Shown: positions 9,631-19,115, numbered from the stretch's first letter. The stretch is 64,000 nt of DNA from a virus (IMGVR_UViG_3300030012_004221:64001-128000); one strand, 5' to 3'. Program-made: numbers and translations. Notes: a model not told the origin generated them from the sequence alone.

Positions 9631-11064
9631 TTAGTATACTAATTTATGTTTTAATGTCCTTGGTTTATAATCATCATCCTGTAAGAATACATATTTTTCT
9701 CTTGGTTTCCAAGTAGTAAATAATTCTTCTACTCCTTCTGTAAATTTATCAGCCATTTTTGATGCTGTAAAACCAGCTTCATCTCCCATAGCCCATTTTC
9801 TTCCTTCATTACCTCTTCTTTTTCTTTCTTTGCTTCCCATTGCATATAATTCTTTTATGTTTTCATATGCATCTCTAAAATCACATCTACTATCCCATAT
9901 ATAAGGAGTAACAGGAGAACCAACCATTCCCATAGCTTTAGGGAAAACAGGTAATGCCCATTCTCCATGTTCAGTGTAAGTACCATATTGATTTGATGGG
10001 ATTTCTTTTGAGTTAGTAAACCATTTTCCATTATGATCTATAAATCTCATTTGGTCTTGCATTCCACCAGTTACATTTGCTATAAAAGGTGTACCTGTAA
10101 GTAATGATTCAGTTAATGCTAACCCCCAACCTTCAGCTGAAGATAATAAAATTGTAGCATCAGCCATATTATACAAATAATTCATTTCTTGATGTGGAAT
10201 TTTTGCTTGAGATATTATAACAGATGCATCTTCAACTCCAAATAAATACTCTATTACTGCGGGTAGATCTGTACCATGATCACTTACAGCTTCTGTATGA
10301 AGGATAAATAAACATTTTTTTCTTTCATCATCAGAAAGATCATCTAAAAATAGTTTCCATGCTGCTAATGCATCAGGAATAGATTTACGTCTAATATTTC
10401 TAGAATTAAAAAATAAAATAAAATCTTTTTCTTCACCTTTAGTAAATCTATTTTTAAATGCTTTAAATTCTTTAGTTTCTTCTTTTAGGGGGAAATATTT
10501 TTTCTCATCTAAACCATGAGGAACATATTTAATAACTTTATTTTTACATTTTTCTTCACCTAAAACAATTTTATTAATAATTACTGTTTGTTTTGATATA
10601 CCAAATAAAGCATCACATGAATCATAGAATTCTTCATTATATTGAGGTGCAGGCATATCATCCCAAATATTTAAATAAATAATTGGTATTTGTGCCCTGA
10701 TTTCTTCTTCCATTGCAAACACCCATTGAAAATATCTTGGATCAGTAATTAAAAATAAAGCATCTGGTTTTTCTGCCTCTATTACACGTGCTAAAAGATC
10801 AGGATCCCCATAACCATTACAAGGATATAATTTTACTTCAGCATCATCAACTCCAATTTCTTTTCCACTATCATTTGAAATATCAACTACTTTTCCTACT
10901 TCTGGGTGTTTTACAGACCCAGCTAATTGTACCCATTTATATTTATGGCAAGTATTAACTACTATTTCTCTACCTATTTGAGCAACTCCAGAATGAACTC
11001 TAATATCATCTGTTAGTAATAAAATTTTCTTTCTATCACTTGGTTTAACGTAACCTTCTTTCAT
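9631..11064 (-). CDS. GT-B glycosyltransferase (GT4-like)
   Basis: SGVAQI, NSRNIRRK, EGWGLALTES and TGGMQDQ. Confidence 0.85.
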   Translation of the reverse strand: MKEGYVKPSDRKKILLLTDDIRVHSGVAQIGREIVVNTCHKYKWVQLAGSVKHPEVGKVVDISNDSGKEIGVDDAEVKLYPCNGYGDPDLLARVIEAEKPDALFLITDPRYFQWVFAMEEEIRAQIPIIYLNIWDDMPAPQYNEEFYDSCDALFGISKQTVIINKIVLGEEKCKNKVIKYVPHGLDEKKYFPLKEETKEFKAFKNRFTKGEEKDFILFFNSRNIRRKSIPDALAAWKLFLDDLSDDERKKCLFILHTEAVSDHGTDLPAVIEYLFGVEDASVIISQAKIPHQEMNYLYNMADATILLSSAEGWGLALTESLLTGTPFIANVTGGMQDQMRFIDHNGKWFTNSKEIPSNQYGTYTEHGEWALPVFPKAMGMVGSPVTPYIWDSRCDFRDAYENIKELYAMGSKERKRRGNEGRKWAMGDEAGFTASKMADKFTEGVEELFTTWKPREKYVFLQDDDYKPRTLKHKLVY

Positions 11065-11069
11065 TTATT

Positions 11070-11264
11070 TTATTCTTTAATTTCTAAATTAGTTTGATTA
11101 TTTATTTGTTTTCTAAAATCTTCATCTGTAAGATACAAAAAGATAGCTCGATCGGCAAGCTTTTGGAAACTAAATTTTCGTTTTACACACTCAATTTTAA
11201 AATTTTCAAATAAATTACTTTTTACTTTAACACTGGTTAGTGTCATTTCTTTATTATTTGTCAT
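11070..11264 (-). CDS. Small putative ribbon-helix-helix DNA-binding protein
   Basis: LTSVKV strand followed by two predicted helices. First gene of the glycan cluster. Confidence 0.45.
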   Translation of the reverse strand: MTNNKEMTLTSVKVKSNLFENFKIECVKRKFSFQKLADRAIFLYLTDEDFRKQINNQTNLEIKE

Positions 11265-11306
11265 AATTTTTATATTTTAATATTTGAATATACATATATG
11301 TGGATT

Positions 11307-12251
11307 CTAAAATGTTGCAGAACATAAATGTGTTTTATAAAATGCACACCAATTACAATTATTATTTGGATTATCAGGAGTTGGTTGATGATCCACATCA
11401 GCATAACCATTCCTATCAAATACCTTTGTAATAAATTCATCTAAAGCTTTTGTTGCCTTATTTAATTTTACTTTTCCAGATGCAGGCACAAATCGTTGAA
11501 TTCTTGGTATAACATAATCTTCACTTTCCCACAACTTTCTTTTAACTATAAAAAATTCTATATTTATTTTTTCTAATGGAATATTAAATGTTTCACTAAA
11601 AAATTTCTTATATAAAATTAATTGAAATTGTTTATCCTCATCTTTTTTTGCCCATTTACTCCAACCTTTTGTTGATGTTTTAATATCAATTATAGTGAAA
11701 GTATCACTATATTCATGGTATAACACAACGTCTAAGTAACCTTGATATACTACGTTTGTATAACGTTTATTAGGTGTTATAATAATAGGTACCTCACAAC
11801 CTGCTAAATGAGTACTTTTTCTAGAAAAATACTTACCCCTATTCTTTTTTAAATAATTAATAATATTAACACCATCTTCAAAAAATTCCCTTAACTCAAC
11901 AGCACTACTAAAATGGCTATCCCCATTCTTTTTATACTGCACTCTATATTCTTCTGATAGTTTTTCTTCAAATATTCCTACAATATCTTCTCTATCTGCA
12001 GCTGCTCCACTTTTATCATACATTACTGTTAAATAATATTGAAGCGCCTCATGTAAAGCTGATCCAAATACAGTATGAATTGTTGGAGTATATTGCTTAT
12101 GACCTTCTTTATATTGAAGTGACCATTTTTTAGGACACTGTCTAAACATAGAAAGTTGTGAGTAAGAAACATTTTTCTGATACGCATGATTAATGGGTTC
12201 AGGGTCATAGTTTCTTATTAGCTTTACTATAGCAGGGACTTTTCTTGCCAA
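11307..12251 (-). CDS. PD-(D/E)XK nuclease, Cas4/AddB-like with probable Fe-S cluster
   Basis: SYSQL..F.QCP, GYLD, IIDIKT, QLILY and C-terminal CNWC..C. Confidence 0.85.
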   Translation of the reverse strand: MARKVPAIVKLIRNYDPEPINHAYQKNVSYSQLSMFRQCPKKWSLQYKEGHKQYTPTIHTVFGSALHEALQYYLTVMYDKSGAAADREDIVGIFEEKLSEEYRVQYKKNGDSHFSSAVELREFFEDGVNIINYLKKNRGKYFSRKSTHLAGCEVPIIITPNKRYTNVVYQGYLDVVLYHEYSDTFTIIDIKTSTKGWSKWAKKDEDKQFQLILYKKFFSETFNIPLEKINIEFFIVKRKLWESEDYVIPRIQRFVPASGKVKLNKATKALDEFITKVFDRNGYADVDHQPTPDNPNNNCNWCAFYKTHLCSATF

Positions 12252-12254
12252 AAC

Positions 12255-12686
12255 TTACTTTTTCCATTTATCACGCCCAACTAATAAACCAATTATTCCA
12301 TAATTAGCTATATCAATAAACGTATCTTCCATTCCTTCTCCCTTAACAAAATTTTTACCATTTACAAGAAGATTTTTTAATCTTGAAATTTTATCTGTAA
12401 GTCTAATTGCTAAACCAGTAAGTGAAAATTTTTTATCTGCTTCGTTCTTTAGATCACCACCTAATGAAATATTATTCAATCCATAATCCATATGCTTAGC
12501 TGCAAACATTTCATACATTTCGAATTGAATATTTTTAAATTCTTTAGATAATTCAGGGTATTCACTTTCAAAATGAGATACTACATCATTATTATGTTGT
12601 ACTTCTTTAATTATAGATTTTTTCCTATTAGAATGGAATTTTTTATCTTCTTGCATTTCGTAAAATTTTTCAACTGTGCTACTCAT
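12255..12686 (-). CDS. Nucleotide-modification-associated domain protein (DUF1599/Nmad1-like)
   Basis: KHMDYG, RLTDKISRL and EDTFIDIANYGII. Confidence 0.75.
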   Translation of the reverse strand: MSSTVEKFYEMQEDKKFHSNRKKSIIKEVQHNNDVVSHFESEYPELSKEFKNIQFEMYEMFAAKHMDYGLNNISLGGDLKNEADKKFSLTGLAIRLTDKISRLKNLLVNGKNFVKGEGMEDTFIDIANYGIIGLLVGRDKWKK

Positions 12687-12687
12687 C

Positions 12688-12909
12688 TTATATTACTTCT
12701 TTATTGTTAAAATATTTTTCTAAAATCTCTAATCTTTCATCAGCCGATGCAAGTAATTTAAGAGCTTCACTACAATTATCCCAGTAGTCTTTAGTTGAAT
12801 GATCACCAATTCCAGCTGGGTGGTTAGTTAGTAATTCAATACTTGCCAATGCTTTATTTTTGTCTGCTTCAGCTTCTGATTTTAAAAATTTGTATACTTG
12901 AATGTTCAT
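12688..12909 (-). CDS. Conserved phage hypothetical protein
   Basis: 73-aa helical ORF with a PAGIGDH motif, tightly packed with neighbours. Confidence 0.6.
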   Translation of the reverse strand: MNIQVYKFLKSEAEADKNKALASIELLTNHPAGIGDHSTKDYWDNCSEALKLLASADERLEILEKYFNNKEVI

Positions 12910-13319
12910 AATTTAATTAATTTGGTTATTTCTTTTTTTTCTTGTCCCATTGATTTTAAGATATTTTTTACTTCATCCATACCTAAGGTATCAATATACT
13001 CACTTGCTTCACTAAATCCACACTCAAAATAACTAGCAATTAATTTTAATAATTCTTTATTTTTCAGAGATGTTTTTGATTTAATATATTTGTTCCAAAC
13101 CTTTTTTTTAGGAATCATACTACAATAAAAATTATAAATTCCTATTTTATCTGTAGGATGCATTCTTTGAGCCATATTAGCTATTTCAATATTATTTTTA
13201 CCCATAGATATAAATCTATGAACCATATAAGAATTCCAACTTTCCCAATCTTCATCTGAAAATTGAGATGGTGGTGATTTTTTAACCGTTATTTCGTCTA
13301 ACCAATCCCAGAGTTTCAT
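12906..13319 (-). CDS. Clamp loader small subunit (T4 gp62-like)
   Basis: YMVHRFISM and KKKVWNKYIK. Lies near the clamp loader ATPase. Start set at the ATGA overlap. Confidence 0.65.
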   Translation of the reverse strand: MKLWDWLDEITVKKSPPSQFSDEDWESWNSYMVHRFISMGKNNIEIANMAQRMHPTDKIGIYNFYCSMIPKKKVWNKYIKSKTSLKNKELLKLIASYFECGFSEASEYIDTLGMDEVKNILKSMGQEKKEITKLIKL

Positions 13320-13870
13320 TTGTTGTATTGTGGGTGATTTGATTTCCATCCTCTATAATATAAATCTTGAGTAGCTTCATTTATACCCCAATAACCACCT
13401 TTTAATCTATCCCAATATGGAATTGATTTAAAGTCAATAGGTGCTCTATTTTGGTAAAAATTCCCCCATTCACCTAGTTTAGTTGTAAAGGGTGAAGCAT
13501 GAGGACTAGAATTTAAAGTGCCATGTTCTGCTCTTCCTAAACCAGCACAAGTCATTATAAACATACCATTAGGTTTTAAATGATTAATCATATTTGCAAT
13601 TGTTAAATCATAAAATGGATCATGTTCAAATACTTCAAAAGCTGATACTACGTCAAATTTTTCTTCACTTCTATAATCGTGTCCTCTACCTACCCAATCA
13701 ACATGCAATCCATCTTCTAAATCAACACCTATATATTCACAATTTTTTAAGTGATTTTTAGGGTGAGGATTTCCATTAGCAGATCCTATATCTAACCATC
13801 TTTTTTTATAAAAAAATTCAGGGTATAGACATTTAGTCTCATAAATGAAATGCATTGGTTCGTGGTGCAT
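13316..13870 (-). CDS. Class I SAM-dependent methyltransferase
   Basis: LDIGS, YIGVD, EVFEHDP and LKPNG. Confidence 0.8.
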   Translation of the reverse strand: MHHEPMHFIYETKCLYPEFFYKKRWLDIGSANGNPHPKNHLKNCEYIGVDLEDGLHVDWVGRGHDYRSEEKFDVVSAFEVFEHDPFYDLTIANMINHLKPNGMFIMTCAGLGRAEHGTLNSSPHASPFTTKLGEWGNFYQNRAPIDFKSIPYWDRLKGGYWGINEATQDLYYRGWKSNHPQYNK

Positions 13871-14124
13871 TATGCTATAGTATGATCTTTATATTGTTCT
13901 CTTAATTCAACTGGAATTGTTGACTCTAAAATCTTACCAGTTGTAGGATCAAAGAATACAGGAATAGGCATGATTGCATCTTCATCAGCACCTACTACAA
14001 ATTTAGATACTTTACGTAACAATACTCCTTGTTGAAAAATTACTCCACCATCTGGTGTTTCAATTATTGTAGTGTTTTTAACATCTACATTTACATTCAT
14101 TTGTTGTTGTGGTTGTTTAGCCAT
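13870..14124 (-). CDS. Hypothetical protein
   Basis: 84-aa ORF coupled to its neighbours. Confidence 0.6.
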   Translation of the reverse strand: MAKQPQQQMNVNVDVKNTTIIETPDGGVIFQQGVLLRKVSKFVVGADEDAIMPIPVFFDPTTGKILESTIPVELREQYKDHTIA

Positions 14125-14317
14125 TTTTGTTTTTATTTTGGTTTTTAAAATCTATTATAAATCCAATCGCTACTAAAATATTTAAACCTACACTAGCGAT
14201 TATTTCATGTAAGTCTTGATATACATTTAAGGATAAATGGACATGACCTATTATCCAAAATGGGATTGCCATTTGTTGACTATACCATATTAATGCAAAT
14301 TCTATAAATTTTTTCAT
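14117..14317 (-). CDS. Small two-TM membrane protein
   Basis: Two hydrophobic segments in 66 aa. Confidence 0.55.
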   Translation of the reverse strand: MKKFIEFALIWYSQQMAIPFWIIGHVHLSLNVYQDLHEIIASVGLNILVAIGFIIDFKNQNKNKNG

Positions 14318-15219
14318 TATACATCTATTAACTGATTTATTAATGCCATACAGTTAATTTCCTTATCTATTCTAAAGTTGGATTGATATGAATATTCATT
14401 AATATAATATGCTACCATTCCTTCTTTACCTAAAGCAAATATATGAGCGTGATCATACAAGTACCTATATAATTCTTCAAAATCTTGGACATTAGCATCT
14501 GCAATTATTTGTCTAATAGTATTAAACCTTGGTTTATCACTAGATAATTCTTTTAATACTTTTCTCATATAATTAGATGATACAAGTACTGATTTATCAA
14601 TTACTAATTTTTGATCTTGAGTTGATAGTTGAATTGTATTAAGACATTTACGTAAATCCGGATAATATTGGTTTACAATTATCTTAATATCTTCTAAATC
14701 ATATATTGTGCCTTCAATTGCCATAACATTAGCAAGATGAAATGCTACTTCTTTTTTACTAGGAGGTATTACTTTAAGTGTTTGACATCTTGATTGTAAT
14801 GGATCAATAATACGTTCTACATAATTACAAGTTAAAATGAATCTAGTAGTACGTGAAAATGTTTCTATTATGTTTCTGAGTGATGCTTGTGCTTGGATCG
14901 TGAGAAAATCCGCTTCATCCAAGATAATAACTTTAAGGGGTTTAAACGACGCAACCGATGCAAAACCAGAGACTTTATCCCTAATAGTTTCAATACCACG
15001 TTCGTCAGAAGCATTAATATATAAGTGATCACAATTTAGATTTTTAATTATTAACTTTGCTAGTGTTGTTTTACCAGTACCAGCAGGTCCGTAAAATATT
15101 AAATTTTGAATATCATTCTGTTCTAAATATTGTGATACTGTTTTTTTAATGTGTTCATTTCCTACATACTCATCTAACACTGTAGGGCGATATTTTTCTA
15201 CTAATAACGAATGTTCCAT
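14317..15219 (-). CDS. Clamp loader ATPase subunit (RFC/T4 gp44-like)
   Basis: EKYRP, GPAGTGKT, INASDERGI, ILDEAD and SRC. Confidence 0.95.
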   Translation of the reverse strand: MEHSLLVEKYRPTVLDEYVGNEHIKKTVSQYLEQNDIQNLIFYGPAGTGKTTLAKLIIKNLNCDHLYINASDERGIETIRDKVSGFASVASFKPLKVIILDEADFLTIQAQASLRNIIETFSRTTRFILTCNYVERIIDPLQSRCQTLKVIPPSKKEVAFHLANVMAIEGTIYDLEDIKIIVNQYYPDLRKCLNTIQLSTQDQKLVIDKSVLVSSNYMRKVLKELSSDKPRFNTIRQIIADANVQDFEELYRYLYDHAHIFALGKEGMVAYYINEYSYQSNFRIDKEINCMALINQLIDV

Positions 15220-15224
15220 AACCT

Positions 15225-15255
15225 TAATATAATAACTTTTATTTAAAAATCCAAA
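15225..15255 (-). promoter_or_regulatory. Early/middle-type promoter TTTGG-N19-TATATTA
   Basis: Same bipartite motif with fixed spacing recurs at about 8 intergenic sites. Confidence 0.7.
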
Positions 15256-15528
15256 TTAAATTCCTTGTCTAAATTCACCATACATACCATATACTTTTGG
15301 TTTTTCTTTCTTAACTTCTACACTAGATGTTTGAATAGCATATAACTTACTATCAATAGGATCTAATCTATAAGCCCCATTAAAACCTGTTTGGTGAAAA
15401 AATGCTTCTAAAGCATCTGTTAGATTTGGGAAAACTTCTTTTTTAGGATCACCAACTAAAGTCCACCTGTCTCCAGGTGGTACTCTTGTGGCAATTAACT
15501 CATTATGTTCAACTACTTTTTTCTCCAT
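15256..15528 (-). CDS. Hypothetical protein
   Basis: 90-aa ORF with an RVPPGDRW motif, directly after groEL. Confidence 0.6.
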   Translation of the reverse strand: MEKKVVEHNELIATRVPPGDRWTLVGDPKKEVFPNLTDALEAFFHQTGFNGAYRLDPIDSKLYAIQTSSVEVKKEKPKVYGMYGEFRQGI

Positions 15529-15530
15529 AA

Positions 15531-17180
15531 TTAAAAATCAAGATTATCTAATGGAACTTCGGTTTCAGGAGTTGGTTCTTTTTGAGTTGGGTGATCAACT
15601 ACAACACATTCTGTTAAAAGAATTGTTCCAGCTACAGAAGCAGCATTTTCAAGTGCTGTTATAGTTACTTTTGTTGGATCTAAAATCCCTGCTTCTTCCA
15701 TATTTACAACTTCTCCTATTTCTAAATTATAACCTGCCCAATAATCATCTCCAGAATTACAAAGATCATTAGCTATCATTTCAGCTTGAGTATTATCATA
15801 TCCTGCGTTAACAAGAATCTGAATGAATGGTTTTCTACATGCTTTCTTTACAAGAACAGAACCTAAATCATCATTTGATAACCCATTAGAAGCATATAAT
15901 AATGCAGCTCCACCACCAGGAAGAATTCCTTTATCTAAAGCAGCTTTAGTAGCATGTAATGCATCATCGACTCTATCTTTCTTTTCTCTCATTTCTATTT
16001 CAGTATGTCCACCTACATGAACTATTGAAACCCCACCAATCATTTTAGCTAAACGGTTTTGTAAATGTTCTATAATATAAGGAGTATCTTCTTTATCAAT
16101 TTGAACTTGAAGATCCTTTACTCTATTATTTATAGCTTCTTCATCACCTTTACCATCAACAATTGTTGTTTGTTCTTTAGTAATAGTTACAGCACGTGCT
16201 TGTCCAAACCATTCCCAACTAAATTTATCAAGTTTCATTCCTTTGTCTTTATCAAACACAGTACCACCTGTTAATGTAGCAATATCTTCAAGAATTAATT
16301 TTTTTCTTTCTCCAAAGTCTGGGGCTTTAACTGCTGCTACTTTAAGGATCCCTCTTGCTTTATTAACAATAAGAGTAGCTAACGCTTCTCCTTCAATATC
16401 ATCAGCAATTATAAGTAATGATTTATTAGCATTAGAAACACTTTCTAAAATTGGAAGTAAATCTTTTACTTGTGTAAATTTATGATCTGCAATTAAAATA
16501 TAAGTATCTTCTAATGTACAACTCATATCTGCATTATTTGTTACAAAGAAATGTGATTTATATCCTCTGTCAAATTGCATACCTTCTACAGTTTCAAGAT
16601 AAGTATCTCCTGATTTTGATTCTTCAATGTGTACAACCCCATCTCTACCTACTTTTTCAATAGCAGTAGAAATTAGGTTTCCAATTTCAATATCATTGTT
16701 TGCTGATATAGTTGCTATTTGTTTGAGTTGTTCTTCGGATGATATTTCTTTAGAAATATTTTCTCTAACAACATTGATTACTTCTTTTACAGCTTTATCA
16801 ATACTACGTTTTATCCCATTAGCATTTTCACCATTATTAAGATGTTTTAATCCTTCTCTAATTAATTCACGTGCTAAAAGAGTTGATGTTGTTGTTCCAT
16901 CACCTGCTTTTTCATTTGTTTGTTTAGCAGCTTGTTTTACTAATTGAGCTCCTAAATTTTTAACTAAACCATGAACTACAATATTTTTGGCTACAGTTAC
17001 ACCATCTTTAGTGTTTGTTGGTCTATAATTATCATCATAACCATTATGATCTATTAATACATTTCTCCCATTAGGGCCTAATGTACATACAACAGCATCA
17101 GCTAGAATATTAATTCCCTCCATAACTTCTGCTCTTGCTTTAGGTCCAAATTTTACTAATTTATTTTTTGGTATCGGCAT
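15531..17180 (-). CDS. groEL: Chaperonin GroEL
   Basis: TLGPNGRNV, TKDGVTVAK, AGDGTTT, EGMQFDRGY and DDALHAT. Confidence 0.97.
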   Translation of the reverse strand: MPIPKNKLVKFGPKARAEVMEGINILADAVVCTLGPNGRNVLIDHNGYDDNYRPTNTKDGVTVAKNIVVHGLVKNLGAQLVKQAAKQTNEKAGDGTTTSTLLARELIREGLKHLNNGENANGIKRSIDKAVKEVINVVRENISKEISSEEQLKQIATISANNDIEIGNLISTAIEKVGRDGVVHIEESKSGDTYLETVEGMQFDRGYKSHFFVTNNADMSCTLEDTYILIADHKFTQVKDLLPILESVSNANKSLLIIADDIEGEALATLIVNKARGILKVAAVKAPDFGERKKLILEDIATLTGGTVFDKDKGMKLDKFSWEWFGQARAVTITKEQTTIVDGKGDEEAINNRVKDLQVQIDKEDTPYIIEHLQNRLAKMIGGVSIVHVGGHTEIEMREKKDRVDDALHATKAALDKGILPGGGAALLYASNGLSNDDLGSVLVKKACRKPFIQILVNAGYDNTQAEMIANDLCNSGDDYWAGYNLEIGEVVNMEEAGILDPTKVTITALENAASVAGTILLTECVVVDHPTQKEPTPETEVPLDNLDF

Positions 17181-17191
17181 TTTCTTTATTT

Positions 17192-17485
17192 TTATTTGTT
17201 AATTTTAGCTAATATTTGATTTTCGGGTCCTACCCAATATTCTTCACCTTCATAAGGTAATTTTGTAAAACCCTGAGTTGGTAGTACTACTATATCTCCT
17301 ACACTACTAATAGTTTTAATAAACTCTCCTGTAATTGTAGGTTTTCCAGGTCCAACAGCAACTACCTCTCCTATTTGATTTTTTTCATTACCCATATCTG
17401 GTACTATAATGTTTCCATGTTGTGTTTCTTCTGCCTCAATTGGTTTTACAATTACGGCATTAAATAGTGCTTCTAAATTTTTCAT
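17192..17485 (-). CDS. groES: Co-chaperonin GroES
   Basis: GNIIVPD mobile loop and GEVVAVGPG, directly upstream of groEL. Confidence 0.93.
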   Translation of the reverse strand: MKNLEALFNAVIVKPIEAEETQHGNIIVPDMGNEKNQIGEVVAVGPGKPTITGEFIKTISSVGDIVVLPTQGFTKLPYEGEEYWVGPENQILAKINK

Positions 17486-17486
17486 A

Positions 17487-17795
17487 TTAATAATTTCCTT
17501 TTAATCCTCTATAGTTTTGTAATTCTTTTAATTCCGTCAACAATTTATCCCATCTTTCACAATATTCTTTAATACTATGATAATGATCTTTTTCATTATT
17601 TAGTTTTTCCATAGCTACTTTTTGTAAAGCAGATCCAAAATTTGAATAATGTCCTAATGGTTTCTCATAATCTTTACCTTCACTACCTTTTGCAAGGTAT
17701 TTTTGTTGAGGTGTAACTATTTCATACACCGTGTAACAGTGTGTATCTTTTCCTATAAAATAGGGATGCATTTTGGGGTCAGTGATTTTTGCCAT
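17487..17795 (-). CDS. Hypothetical protein
   Basis: 102-aa ORF leading the groES-groEL operon. Confidence 0.6.
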   Translation of the reverse strand: MAKITDPKMHPYFIGKDTHCYTVYEIVTPQQKYLAKGSEGKDYEKPLGHYSNFGSALQKVAMEKLNNEKDHYHSIKEYCERWDKLLTELKELQNYRGLKGNY

Positions 17796-17819
17796 ATAAC
17801 TTTTTTTTATTTATAACGT

Positions 17820-17849
17820 TAATATACGAAAAAATTAAATATAAACCAA
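17820..17849 (-). promoter_or_regulatory. Early/middle-type promoter TTGG-N19-TATATTA
   Basis: Recurrent motif upstream of the groES/EL operon. Confidence 0.7.
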
Positions 17850-17860
17850 CCTAAGGGCGC
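17849..17860. repeat. Inverted-repeat arm downstream of hsp20 (partner at 18343-18354)
   Basis: acctaagggcgc matches the reverse complement of gcgccctaaggt at 11 of 12 positions. GC-rich in an AT-rich background. Confidence 0.7.
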
Positions 17861-17867
17861 TTTTAGG

Positions 17868-18287
17868 TTACTTAATTTTAATTGCTTTCGGTTTAGCTTC
17901 TTTAGTTAATGGTATTGAAATTTTCAATAAGCCATTTTCCATTTCAGCATCTATTTTTGTCAAATCAAATTTAGGAGCAATTTTATATCCTAAATTGAAT
18001 GATTTCCTACTTAAACCATGGTAAATATAACCTGATAGATCAAGTTTTTCTTCTTCTTTAGGTTTAGTATAGGATATCCTTAATACATCAGATTCAATTT
18101 CAATTGAAATATCTTCTTTTGTAAGACCAGTACATGCAATCTCGAAGTAAAGACCTTCTTGATCGTAGTAAATGTCTAGTGGATGTGGTTGTTTTGAATT
18201 AAGTGCAGGAGCGAATGTTTCGTCTGCTTTGAAAAAATTTCGATATAAAATATCGAATGGGGTGTGTTCATAAAATAATGTACTCAT
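17868..18287 (-). CDS. Small heat-shock protein (Hsp20/alpha-crystallin)
   Basis: HPLDI, GLSRKSF and AEMENGLLKISIP. Confidence 0.92.
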   Translation of the reverse strand: MSTLFYEHTPFDILYRNFFKADETFAPALNSKQPHPLDIYYDQEGLYFEIACTGLTKEDISIEIESDVLRISYTKPKEEEKLDLSGYIYHGLSRKSFNLGYKIAPKFDLTKIDAEMENGLLKISIPLTKEAKPKAIKIK

Positions 18288-18342
18288 ATCATTTAGTTTT
18301 GTGATGTCTTTCGATCATCTGGTTAATAAAAATATAAAACGT

Positions 18343-18354
18343 GCGCCCTAAGGT
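18343..18354. repeat. Inverted-repeat arm upstream of hsp20 (partner at 17849-17860)
   Basis: See partner arm. Confidence 0.7.
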
Positions 18355-18380
18355 CAATTTAATATTCGTTTATACGTATG

Positions 18381-19115
18381 TTAAAATTCTGTTTCTGCTT
18401 TCCTTACTATAAAATATCTAGAAGAAATATCATCTAGTTTAAAATCCAATTGGATTAGTCCCATACTACTTAAATACATTTTACCACCTTCCATATCTTT
18501 ATTTGCTTGAAGGATGGTTTTAAATGTATCTGAGTTGAATGGTAATTTAATATCTTTTTCTTTAATATCTCCTTTAACTTGATATGTTATCTTATTATTA
18601 TGTCCAGATTCATCTCCAAACACAAATTCAACTACATCCTCACCATCTAAATTTGTAGTTGTAGTTACTAACATGTTATCAACTTGGGATAATGCACTTT
18701 TTGCTCTAATAATATTTTCAACATCTTCAGATGTTAAATCTAATTCAACAACCCATTCTGGGACTGTTACTTCACCTACCTTATTTATTAATAAAGGATC
18801 TGATAAAGCATAATTTAAGTTAAAATTTAAATCAGATATTTTTAATTTAGTATAAATTGCATTATTTTTTTCTAGCTCTAGTAATAAATCACCATTACAA
18901 ATATTAATTAAACTTAATAATTTTTTAGTATCATAAATGGCTAGTTTACTATTTTCTAATTGAAAATTATCACACGCAACAGAACCTATAACATCTTTTG
19001 TAGGTGTCATAAAATTAATTCCTAATTTATTATCCTCAATTACCCATTTTACAGCTTCATTTACTCCAAGGTAATATTTGTTAATAATTGATTGTATTGT
19101 TAATTTATTTATCAT
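18381..19115 (-). CDS. DNA polymerase sliding clamp (T4 gp45-like)
   Basis: 244 aa, alternating beta pattern, LAIYDTKKLL. Lies between the polymerase and the clamp loader. Confidence 0.7.
   Translation of the reverse strand: MINKLTIQSIINKYYLGVNEAVKWVIEDNKLGINFMTPTKDVIGSVACDNFQLENSKLAIYDTKKLLSLINICNGDLLLELEKNNAIYTKLKISDLNFNLNYALSDPLLINKVGEVTVPEWVVELDLTSEDVENIIRAKSALSQVDNMLVTTTTNLDGEDVVEFVFGDESGHNNKITYQVKGDIKEKDIKLPFNSDTFKTILQANKDMEGGKMYLSSMGLIQLDFKLDDISSRYFIVRKAETEF

Noticed and set aside
11307-12251. CRISPR-Cas system suggested by the Cas4-like nuclease
   Set aside because: No repeat-spacer array and no other cas genes are visible. Stand-alone Cas4-like nucleases are common in phages.
17796-17870. 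CIRCE/HrcA operator upstream of groES-groEL
   Set aside because: No TTAGCACTC-N9-GAGTGCTAA match was seen.
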